From assembly GCA_003559395.1 (NCBI GenBank), contig PWLL01000111.1, positions 1 through 20,903 of the forward strand: 20,903 nt of DNA. Direction: 5' to 3'. The position numbers and the translations under genes were made by a program. The notes beneath the pieces were generated by a model. The model did not search any database and had not been told where the DNA came from. It saw only the letters and a list, made by a program, of their open reading frames with translations. Below, piece by piece: positions 14,035-20,903 of the stretch. The stretch is from Candidatus Iainarchaeum sp. (GTDB lineage Archaea; Iainarchaeota; Iainarchaeia; Iainarchaeales; CSSED10-239). The stretch's first letter is position 1; each line of letters begins with the position of its first letter.

Positions 14035-15072
14035 ATGCAAAATATGTTTTTGAGGTGCTTATTAGTGAAATATGATTATTTAATAAAATTTCCATTTTCA
14101 AAAAAAGCTAAAGAACATTTAGATACACAAAATATAAGTATTTTAGATATTGATGAATCTATTTTAAAGAAAGCAACTACTTTTTTATTAAAAACAATTT
14201 CACAAGAAAAAGAGGATAAAGAAAAAGACTGGAAATCATATATGCATGTTGATGATAAAACAATTGCAAATGTTTTTGTTAAAATATATCCTGCATCAAA
14301 AATATTGTTGTCTTTAGTTGATTCAACGCCACTTAATCAAGCTTTTGCACACTATTATATGGAACAACTTTTGTTTTTCTTAAGAAATTCTAAAAAAGAC
14401 TATGATTTTGAAGATATTATTACAGATCTCTTAGATGGAAAAAGATATGAGATAAAAGAAGAAAAATATGTCTTGCCTTTGATTGATGTTCTTTCTTTTG
14501 ATATTGGTTCTGAATTTAAGTTACAGTATCAAAATCTCAAAGACGGAAACATCTTTTTTGAACAAGCTGATTTTTTTGTGTTTCTTGGTTTAATTTTAAA
14601 GAAAAAGATTCTTAAAACTATTTCTACACCCACTCAACTAAAAGATACAAAGCTACCACAAGAGTTTTATGATTACTCAAAATATGTTCAAGAAAAATTG
14701 CTAGTTACTGCAACCTATACAAAAACAAAATATCAAACAAACAACAAAGAAGAATTCCCTCCTTGTTTTAAAAAACTTTTTGAAGAAATTACTTTTGGAC
14801 ATAAGTTGTCTCACGTAGGTAACTTTCATCTTGCTGTTTTTTTGTATAATGTGGGGTTTACAAAAGAACAAATGATAGACGTGTTTAAGAATGCAAACAA
14901 TTTTGATCAAAAGATTGCATCCTATCAAATCTCTAAAATTGCAGAAAAAGGATACTCTGTTGCAAACTGTCAAACCTTAGCATCAAATGGCTTGTGTGTA
15001 AAAGATTGTAAAGTCACACACCCTTTGCAACTTTTAAAAAAACCTAAAAAAGAAAAACATGAACGAAAATAA
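14035..15072 (+). CDS. priL: DNA primase large subunit PriL (Fe-S cluster type)
   Basis: EFPPCFKKLF (the PPC motif) plus the C-terminal cluster NCQTLASNGLCVKDC provides the four Cys expected for the PriL 4Fe-4S domain. The ...KFPFSKKAKEHL N-terminus is typical. The true start may be GTG 14065, which lies 7 nt after GAGGTG (14052-14057). Confidence 0.8.
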   Translation: MQNMFLRCLLVKYDYLIKFPFSKKAKEHLDTQNISILDIDESILKKATTFLLKTISQEKEDKEKDWKSYMHVDDKTIANVFVKIYPASKILLSLVDSTPLNQAFAHYYMEQLLFFLRNSKKDYDFEDIITDLLDGKRYEIKEEKYVLPLIDVLSFDIGSEFKLQYQNLKDGNIFFEQADFFVFLGLILKKKILKTISTPTQLKDTKLPQEFYDYSKYVQEKLLVTATYTKTKYQTNNKEEFPPCFKKLFEEITFGHKLSHVGNFHLAVFLYNVGFTKEQMIDVFKNANNFDQKIASYQISKIAEKGYSVANCQTLASNGLCVKDCKVTHPLQLLKKPKKEKHERK

Positions 15073-16579
15073 AAAAGTTTTGTTGATTGTCTTAGATGGC
15101 ATGGGAATAAATAAAAACTATAAAGGAAATGCAGTGTATAAAGCAAATATGCCTTTTTATGACTCTCTTAAAAAAAATAACCTATATCTTACTTTAGGAG
15201 CTTCAGAAGAATCTGTGGGCTTGCCAAAAAAACAACTAGGTTCTTCAGAGGTTGGTCATTCAATAATGGGTGCTGGAAAAGTATTGTTGTCAGAAATAAA
15301 TAAGATAAATAACGCTATTTTTGATGGTTCTTTTTATGAACATTCTTTGTTAAACAAAAAATTATCTAAGATAAAAAACCAAGCCTTACATCTGGTTGGA
15401 CTTTTAAGCGATGGTGGAGTTCATTCACATATTGACCATCTTTTTGCTTTGTTAGATGTTATTAAAAGATATTCAAATATTAAAAAAGTTTTTGTGCACG
15501 TTATAACAGATGGTAGAGACGTTTCGCCTACAAGTTCTGAAAAATATATTAAGAAGTTAGAAAAAAAACTAAATGAACAAAATCTAGGACGCGTCGCATC
15601 CGTTTCAGGAAGATACTATGGAATGGATCGAGACAACAACTGGGATAGACAAAAGAAAGTATATGACATGCTTGTTTCTGGTAAAGCAAACGTTGATGAC
15701 GACGTTTATGGATTTATAAAAAAATCATATGCAAAAGGGATAACTGATGAATTTTTAGAACCTACTTTGTTTTTAAAAGAAGGGACTATAAAAGAAAAAG
15801 ATACGATTCTTTTTTTCAATTTCAGAAGTGATAGAGCTAGAGAGTTTACAAGAATGTTTGTTGATAGGTCTTTTAATAATTTTTATAGAAAAAAAATAAA
15901 AGTTGATTTTATTACTTTAACAGAATATGATCGTAAGATAAAAGATGCAGTTGTACTTTATCCTCCTCAAAAACAACAACCAGGGCTAGGACAAATCATT
16001 TCTAAAAACAAACAAAAACAACTAAGAATTGCAGAAACAGAAAAATTTGCACATGTGACTTATTTTTTTAATATAGGTCAAGAATATCCAAACAAAAACG
16101 AAGATAGAATACTCGTTCCTTCACCAAGCACAACAACATATGATAAAAAACCAGAAATGTCTGCAAAGATAATAACTAAACAATTGATAGATTCTTTAGA
16201 TAAAGACTATTTATTTACTTTAGTAAACTTTGCAAATCCTGACATGGTTGGGCATACAGGAAACATAGACGCAACAGTTAAAGCTTTAGAAACCTTAGAT
16301 GCTTGTTTAAAAGTTATTTTTTCAAAAATTGATTTAGAAAAAACAGATGTGATAATTACTTCTGATCACGGAAATTGTGATGAGATGTTGTCAAAAGACC
16401 AAAAGATAATCACTTCTCATAGCTTAAATAAAGTTCCTTTTATTTTAATTTCAAAAAAAGATTATAAAAAAGCAAACGTAAAAGAAGCAAGTCTTGCAAA
16501 TATTGCCCCCACTCTCTTAAAGCTTCTTTCTTTTGAAATTCCAGAATATATGGCTGAACCATTGATTAAAGAAAAATAG
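15059..16579 (+). CDS. gpmI: 2,3-bisphosphoglycerate-independent phosphoglycerate mutase, bacterial GpmI type
   Basis: Motifs are LLIVLDGMG, GSSEVGHSIMGAG (catalytic Ser), SDGGVHSH, VHVITDGRDV, NFANPDMVGHTG and ITSDHGN. It is 506 aa, the GpmI length rather than the roughly 400-aa archaeal ApgM. It overlaps the priL stop by 14 nt. Confidence 0.92.
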   Translation: MNENKKVLLIVLDGMGINKNYKGNAVYKANMPFYDSLKKNNLYLTLGASEESVGLPKKQLGSSEVGHSIMGAGKVLLSEINKINNAIFDGSFYEHSLLNKKLSKIKNQALHLVGLLSDGGVHSHIDHLFALLDVIKRYSNIKKVFVHVITDGRDVSPTSSEKYIKKLEKKLNEQNLGRVASVSGRYYGMDRDNNWDRQKKVYDMLVSGKANVDDDVYGFIKKSYAKGITDEFLEPTLFLKEGTIKEKDTILFFNFRSDRAREFTRMFVDRSFNNFYRKKIKVDFITLTEYDRKIKDAVVLYPPQKQQPGLGQIISKNKQKQLRIAETEKFAHVTYFFNIGQEYPNKNEDRILVPSPSTTTYDKKPEMSAKIITKQLIDSLDKDYLFTLVNFANPDMVGHTGNIDATVKALETLDACLKVIFSKIDLEKTDVIITSDHGNCDEMLSKDQKIITSHSLNKVPFILISKKDYKKANVKEASLANIAPTLLKLLSFEIPEYMAEPLIKEK

Positions 16580-16587
16580 ATTTGTTT

Positions 16588-17622
16588 ATGAAAATAATAA
16601 ATATAAATAAAAAAGAAAAGAAAGTAAAGTTTGTACCACAAAAATTAGAAGACCTTTGGACAATTAAAAAAATCACAAATAAAGGAGATGTTATTTCAGG
16701 GACTTCATTTAGACGACAAAAAGATGAAGAAACAACTTCTTCTATAAGAAAACCAGTGTTTGTTTCTGTTGATATTGAAAAATTTGATTATAGTGTACAA
16801 CATGATACCTTAAGATATACTGGAAAAATAATCTTTTCAAAACCATCAGAGTTTGCGCCTTTAGGTGACTATCATACTGTTGAGGTTGAGTTGAACAAAA
16901 TCTACGAGCTTAAGAAAAAACAACTTTTTTTACATGAGCTTGAGCTTTTAAAAAGAAGAACAGATGATACTTCTATTTTATTGATTTCATTAGATCTAGA
17001 AAAAGCCTGTTTATTTAAAATAAAAAATACAGGTTTTTCAGAAATTACAACTATTAGATCAAATCTTTCTGGAAAAAGATATAAAACAAATACTAAAAAA
17101 GAAGATTATTTTAAAGAAATATATGAAACTATTAGTCATCTTGATAATAAACAAATAATCTTTGCAGGACCAGGACACACAAAAGCACAACTTTCATCTT
17201 ATATTAAAGAAAAAAATAAGAAATTAAACATTCTTGAAATAAATCTTCAAAATATCTCTAGAACATCCATCTATGAATTGTTTACAAAAAAAGAAGTTTC
17301 TAGGTTTTTTGAAGAATCAATAATCTATAAAGAAAATAAAATATTAGAAGCTTTTAAGAAAAATCTAGGCCAAAATAACAATTTAGTCGCCTATGGTCTA
17401 AAAGAAGTTTCAAATGCAGTCTCATTAGGAGCTTGTAAAGAAATCTTAGTTTCAGAAAAATTGTGGCGAGAAAAACTAGAACAAGTGCAAGAGATAATTC
17501 TTTCTGCAGAAAAACAAAAAACAACAATCCATGTTGTTGATCAAAATCACGAACAAGTAGTAAAAACAATCAACTCTTTTGGAGGCGTTGTTGCAAACCT
17601 AAGGTTTGCAATCTCTAACTAA
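16588..17622 (+). CDS. pelA: Pelota (Dom34 homologue; ribosome rescue / mRNA surveillance)
   Basis: The ORF track starts at TTG 16582 and the ATG is at 16588 (MKIININKKEKKVKFVPQKLEDLWTIKKI...). About 344 aa. The N-terminal LEDLW pattern, the central ...GPGHTK... and the eRF1-like C-terminal domain ...YGLKEV..A...GA...LLVSE are typical of archaeal Pelota. Confidence 0.85.
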   Translation: MKIININKKEKKVKFVPQKLEDLWTIKKITNKGDVISGTSFRRQKDEETTSSIRKPVFVSVDIEKFDYSVQHDTLRYTGKIIFSKPSEFAPLGDYHTVEVELNKIYELKKKQLFLHELELLKRRTDDTSILLISLDLEKACLFKIKNTGFSEITTIRSNLSGKRYKTNTKKEDYFKEIYETISHLDNKQIIFAGPGHTKAQLSSYIKEKNKKLNILEINLQNISRTSIYELFTKKEVSRFFEESIIYKENKILEAFKKNLGQNNNLVAYGLKEVSNAVSLGACKEILVSEKLWREKLEQVQEIILSAEKQKTTIHVVDQNHEQVVKTINSFGGVVANLRFAISN

Positions 17623-17887
17623 CGTTTACTGTTTTGTCTGTTGGTTTTTTAGTAGCAATAACTTCTTTTTCTTTTGTAATTTTTAAAGCTTCTTTTTCTT
17701 TTTCTTCTTTTTTAAGTGTTCTTGTAATATATCCTGCCATTAAGTTTATTGTAAGTTTAGATAATGGAAGCTTCATTTTTTTAAGAAAATCTTTATTTTT
17801 TCTAAAATCTGTTGAAAGATCTTTTCTAAATTCTTGAATTATTATTTTTGCTTTTGATTTTATTTTATTTGACATTGCTTTTCCCAT
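17615..17887 (-). CDS. rps17e: 30S ribosomal protein S17e (eS17) with a K/E-rich C-terminal extension
   Basis: The ORF track starts at GTG 17896 and the ATG is at 17887 (MGKAMSNKIKSKAK...). ...STDFRKNKDFL...LSKLTINLMAGYITRTL matches archaeal eS17 (F..DFe.NK...  SK..RN.IAGYiTr). About 25 extra C-terminal residues run into the pelota 3' end. Confidence 0.7.
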   Translation of the reverse strand: MGKAMSNKIKSKAKIIIQEFRKDLSTDFRKNKDFLKKMKLPLSKLTINLMAGYITRTLKKEEKEKEALKITKEKEVIATKKPTDKTVNVS

Positions 17888-17900
17888 AAATATCACTCTT

Positions 17901-18101
17901 TTATTTTAAAGATACAATTTCTTTTACTCCATTTTTGGTTCTTAAAACTGCAAGAGGAATAACGCCTTTATCAAACTCTTCTTTAGCTAAAGAATAGGCT
18001 GTGCTATCATACTCAGTTTTAACTAAAGGTGGTGCACCCCATGCTAGTTGTTCTGCTCTTGCAGATATTATTCTTGTTATTTCATATTTTGTAAAATACA
18101 T
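17901..18101 (-). CDS. rpoK: DNA-directed RNA polymerase subunit K (Rpo6)
   Basis: It is 66 aa. FTKYEITRIISARAEQLAWGAPPLV...A..E...GVIPL matches the Rpo6/RpoK signature (tkyE.arIig.RA.Ql..GApp...  iP). Confidence 0.85.
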   Translation of the reverse strand: MYFTKYEITRIISARAEQLAWGAPPLVKTEYDSTAYSLAKEEFDKGVIPLAVLRTKNGVKEIVSLK

Positions 18102-18258
18102 GTTTAATCTTTTTCATTTTTTAAAAATAGATTTATTTATCTTATATATACATATAAGAAGATAAACCTTTAAATATTGTTTCTTTTTTGGTATGTTGTG
18201 GTTTTAATAAGATTTATTAGTATATTATATATAAAAGCAAAGAAAATTATGAAAAAAT

Positions 18259-19155
18259 ATGATATATCTAATAATTCCACAAAAATATAGTAGTAGATTT
18301 GTTGAATATTTTAAGAAAAATCAAGTAGATGCTAAAGAAGTAGAAGAGTGTTTCTTAGAGCTAGATACTAACGATTATGCTCTTGTAAATAACCTAATCT
18401 CAAAAGATTTTGTTAGTAGATATATTTCTAGAATGTTCTTTGTTGATAAAAAGATAACAAACATAGATGAATTGCAAAAAATAAATAAAAAAATAAGAAT
18501 ACAAGTTTATCCAAAAATACAAGAAAATAAAGTTTTAGAAAAACTAGAAGAAAGAGGTTTTGATTTGTCTCCTACAGAGTTTGAAGAAGTGTTGTCTGTT
18601 GTTTATGTTAATGATCAGTGTTATTACGGATTATTAAATAAAAAGCACTATTTTAGAAAGATACATGAAAAGAAAATTGCAAGAGCATATTATAAAATAA
18701 AACAACTTGTTTTTGAAAAACAAATTAAGCTAGATAATAAAGTTGTGTTAGATGTTGGTGCTGCTCCAGGAGGCTGGAGTGAATATTTAAAAGATCATGT
18801 AGAAAAAATTGTTGCAGTTGATCCTGCTCAACTAAAGATTGAAGGAGACAACATTGTTTATTTTAAAAATAAAATAGAGGACGTTATTTCCGAGGTTAAC
18901 AACTATAATTATGAAATTATTATTTGTGATGTTAATGATGTGTTTTATAGTGTTTTTAATAATATTCTAAAACTGAACTATAAAAATAAACAACTTATAA
19001 TGACTTTAAAATTTTCAAAAAAATCTTTAAAAAAAATCAATCAAGATGTAGAAGAAATAAAAGAATTTCTTAAAATGTATGCAAAAGATGTTGAAATTTT
19101 GTTTTTGTTTGCAAATACTAAGTTTGAAAGAACGTTGTTTTGTGTTTTAAATTAA
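18259..19155 (+). CDS. FtsJ/RlmM-like SAM-dependent RNA ribose 2'-O-methyltransferase with an N-terminal extension
   Basis: ARAYYKIKQL...VVLDVGAAPGGWSEYL...IVAVDPA...IICDVN fits the RrmJ/FtsJ fold motifs (AAYKL...DLGAAPGGW...D). About 135 aa of N-terminal domain are of unknown type (possibly THUMP/ferredoxin-like as in RlmM). The substrate cannot be assigned. Confidence 0.65.
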   Translation: MIYLIIPQKYSSRFVEYFKKNQVDAKEVEECFLELDTNDYALVNNLISKDFVSRYISRMFFVDKKITNIDELQKINKKIRIQVYPKIQENKVLEKLEERGFDLSPTEFEEVLSVVYVNDQCYYGLLNKKHYFRKIHEKKIARAYYKIKQLVFEKQIKLDNKVVLDVGAAPGGWSEYLKDHVEKIVAVDPAQLKIEGDNIVYFKNKIEDVISEVNNYNYEIIICDVNDVFYSVFNNILKLNYKNKQLIMTLKFSKKSLKKINQDVEEIKEFLKMYAKDVEILFLFANTKFERTLFCVLN

Positions 19156-19662
19156 AAATAAAAAAATCCAAACAAACAATAAAAAAAATCTAATAAATAA
19201 AGATCTATCAATTATTCTGAAAATAAAAACAAGTAAAATAATAAATAAAGTAAAAGGAATAAAAATAATTTTAAATAATAATAATAAAAAGTTCTGTTTT
19301 TTAAAATAAGTTCTTTTTATTACAGAAAAAACATTTTTTGCATCTTGTGCACTTGGTAGACAAAAATAAATAAAAGATAAAGCTAACCAGGTTGCAACAA
19401 TCTTAATATATATATTGTTTTCTATTAAAACTACTCTTGCACACACTAAAGATAAAAAAATATTTAAAAAAAAAGGAAATAAAGAAATAATTATTATTTT
19501 ATAAGACTTAGAGTCATCATGAACAACATATCCTCCGTCTTTTCCAATAAGTTTTATTTTTTTAATAGGCACATTTAAGAATAAACAAGCTAGAGCATGT
19601 GCAATCTCATGAAATATAACTCCTGGAAAAAAAATAATGTTTAAGATTTTGTCTAGTCTCAT
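19147..19662 (-). CDS. Small polytopic membrane protein with an HExxH motif (M50/M50B site-2-protease-like)
   Basis: FFPGVIFHEIAHALACLFLNVPIKKIKLIGKDGGYV resembles the M50-type HExxH...G...i.l...GG pattern at the N-terminus. Three to four hydrophobic helices follow. A possible third ligand lies in LPSAQDAKN. The 3' end overlaps the convergent methyltransferase gene by 9 nt. Confidence 0.45.
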   Translation of the reverse strand: MRLDKILNIIFFPGVIFHEIAHALACLFLNVPIKKIKLIGKDGGYVVHDDSKSYKIIIISLFPFFLNIFLSLVCARVVLIENNIYIKIVATWLALSFIYFCLPSAQDAKNVFSVIKRTYFKKQNFLLLLFKIIFIPFTLFIILLVFIFRIIDRSLFIRFFLLFVWIFLFLI

Positions 19663-19677
19663 ATCTATTTTATTGTT

Positions 19678-20070
19678 CTAATCAGTATATAAATATATGT
19701 AGTCGTTTTTAGTTTCTATAGTCAATTGTTTTTTTGAACAGATTTCATAATCATCTATATTAAAGGTTTTTCTTGTATATATGTTATGTTTAGTTGTTTT
19801 GTTTTCTAAAGATATTTGTTGGTTAGATATTTTTTTTAGATACCAACAATCTTTTGGATTTATTTCTATTTTTCTTAAAGAAATGGTTTGTAGTTCTTGA
19901 AAAGAAACAGTGTCTTGTATAGTTGTTTTTAGTTTGTTTAGGTTTCTTGTGTCTATAGCTGATAGGTTTTTTGAATATAGTCCATCTATAGTTAATAAAA
20001 ATATAGAAAAAACAACTAACAATGCTCCAAATATTAAAATATATTCTAAACTAATAAAGCCTTTTTTCAA
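19678..20070 (-). CDS. Class III signal peptide (archaeal type IV pilin-like) protein
   Basis: The N-terminus is MKKG|FISLEYILIFGALLVVFSIFLL. It has a short basic leader, a Gly at -1, Glu at +5 and a hydrophobic helix, which is the prepilin-peptidase substrate architecture. It is 130 aa. Confidence 0.65.
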   Translation of the reverse strand: MKKGFISLEYILIFGALLVVFSIFLLTIDGLYSKNLSAIDTRNLNKLKTTIQDTVSFQELQTISLRKIEINPKDCWYLKKISNQQISLENKTTKHNIYTRKTFNIDDYEICSKKQLTIETKNDYIYLYTD

Positions 20071-20076
20071 TAATAT

Positions 20077-20268
20077 CTATCCTATATCTTCTATTTGTTT
20101 AAAAACATCATCTGCTGTGCTATCTACAGCTGTGTTTGCTTTTTGTGCTGTTTTTTGTAACTGAGTAACAACTAGTAAAACAACAGCAATAATTGCTGCT
20201 AAAAGAATGATCATTTCTGCAGAGATTTGTGCTTTATTGTCTTTTATTATTTTTTTTATCAGTTTCAT
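20077..20268 (-). CDS. Small class III signal peptide (pilin-like) protein
   Basis: The ORF extends to 20304. I favour the internal ATG at 20268, which gives MKLIKKIIKDNKA|QISAEMIILLAAIIAVVLLVV (basic leader, Ala at -1, Gln at +1, Glu at +5, hydrophobic helix). The mature part is only about 50 aa. Confidence 0.6.
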   Translation of the reverse strand: MKLIKKIIKDNKAQISAEMIILLAAIIAVVLLVVTQLQKTAQKANTAVDSTADDVFKQIEDIG

Positions 20269-20495
20269 ATGTTTTTTAGGAAGAAAGTTGTTTTTTAAGA
20301 GCATAGTTGTTTATTTTTGTGATTTTATTTATTTTTTTATAATTTAAATGTTGTTTTTCTTTAATAAGAAACTATCTAGAATTTGAAAAAATAGGATCTT
20401 TAGAGATTTTTAAAGTTAGATGTGATGTTTTAGAAGAAAATTCCAGTTTTGAGATCTTTAAAGAAAACTATATTTCTTTATTATATAATTTTTCA

Positions 20496-20523
20496 AAAAC
20501 AGGTGATTATAATATCCTGTTTT
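20496..20523. repeat. Perfect 8-bp inverted repeat AAAACAGG-12 nt-CCTGTTTT in the divergent pilin/ATPase intergenic region
   Basis: Stem 20496-20503 pairs with 20516-20523 and the loop is TGATTATAATAT. It lies between two divergently oriented starts (20268/20304 and 20660), so it is more likely an operator or promoter element than a terminator. Confidence 0.35.
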
Positions 20524-20659
20524 AATGGAGTTTGTTGATAAAGATGAAAATAATATTAGTATTTGAAATTTATATTATGACTGGATATGGGTGGTTACTA
20601 ACACTATTTTTATCTTTTTTCTTTCTCTTTTTTAAAATGTTTGGAACAAATATATATTT

Positions 20660-20903
20660 ATGCTAACATCTATATATCTAGAAAACTGGAAAACACACAA
20701 AAACACTAAGCTTAACTTTAAATACGGCACAAACACCTTTATTGGCAAGGTTGGCTCTGGAAAATCAAGCGTTATTGAGGGCGTGTGCTATTGTCTTTAC
20801 GGAGATTTCCCTAACAGAGCAAACAGAAAAATAAATCTCTTAGAAGCCATAATGTTTAAACCAGTAAAAAAAGAAACAGCAAAACTTATTTTAGAACTAG
20901 AAA
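20660..20903 (+). CDS. Rad50/SbcC/SMC-like ATPase, N-terminal fragment (runs off the window)
   Basis: This is my own translation from ATG 20660: MLTSIYLENWKTHKNTKLNFKYGTNTFIGKVGSGKSSVIEGVCYCLYGDF... This is the Rad50/SMC head N-terminus (I..L.L.N(F/W)..H....i.F..G.n.i.G.nGsGKSSi.eai...LYG). The frame is open to the window end. Confidence 0.7.
   Translation, partial: MLTSIYLENWKTHKNTKLNFKYGTNTFIGKVGSGKSSVIEGVCYCLYGDFPNRANRKINLLEAIMFKPVKKETAKLILELE

Noticed and set aside
16377-16383. GTGATGA (a C-box-like word), together with ATGATGA at about 13627, as candidate C/D-box sRNAs.
   Set aside because: Both lie inside coding sequence, with no CTGA D box at the appropriate distance and no terminal stem.
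20577-20666. A 29-codon ORF (MTGYGWLLTLFLSFFFLFFKMFGTNIYLC) whose stop overlaps the Rad50-like start (ATGCTAA).
   Set aside because: It is hydrophobic and could be a small membrane peptide. It has no SD or promoter evidence and no recognisable family, and such ORFs arise easily in T-rich spacers. It stays unsupported without conservation data.
1-20903. A scan for CRISPR arrays, rRNA genes, IS elements or long tandem repeats.
   Set aside because: I saw no regularly spaced direct repeats, no GC-rich structured-RNA-sized patches other than the tRNA, and no transposase-like ORFs by eye.

Overview
This is a very AT-rich, tightly packed archaeal chromosome segment. Archaeal markers are PCNA, a Sec11-type signal peptidase, Rpo11/RpoL, Csl4, PriL, Pelota, ribosomal protein eS17, Rpo6/RpoK and class-III-signal-peptide pilin-like proteins. 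Some metabolic enzymes are bacterial-type (GpmI, RpiB). Small overlapping genes, Lys-rich proteins and patchy metabolism suggest a DPANN-like reduced genome (lineage is inference only). I call 25 protein genes (one cut by the window end), one tRNA-Thr(CGU), and no rRNA, CRISPR array, transposase or integrase. The most interesting structure is a gap-free eight-gene minus-strand operon (5018-12202). It links three GH130 (beta-mannoside phosphorylase family) modules, phosphomannomutase and a PMI-type cupin to PHI/HPS (reverse ribulose-monophosphate pathway), RpiB and PRPP synthetase, which suggests a mannoside-to-PRPP salvage route. Two islets look accessory and are visibly lower in GC. One is an AAA+/DUF4143 ATPase with a nuclease-like C-terminus, bracketed by tRNA-Thr and a degenerate copy of the tRNA 3' end. 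The other is an AbiEi/AbiEii type IV toxin-antitoxin pair sitting directly ahead of priL-gpmI-pelota. A pilin-pilin-HExxH membrane protein operon and an Mre11-less Rad50/SMC-like ATPase fragment lie at the right edge. All family calls come from motifs read by eye in the supplied translations. No database search was run.
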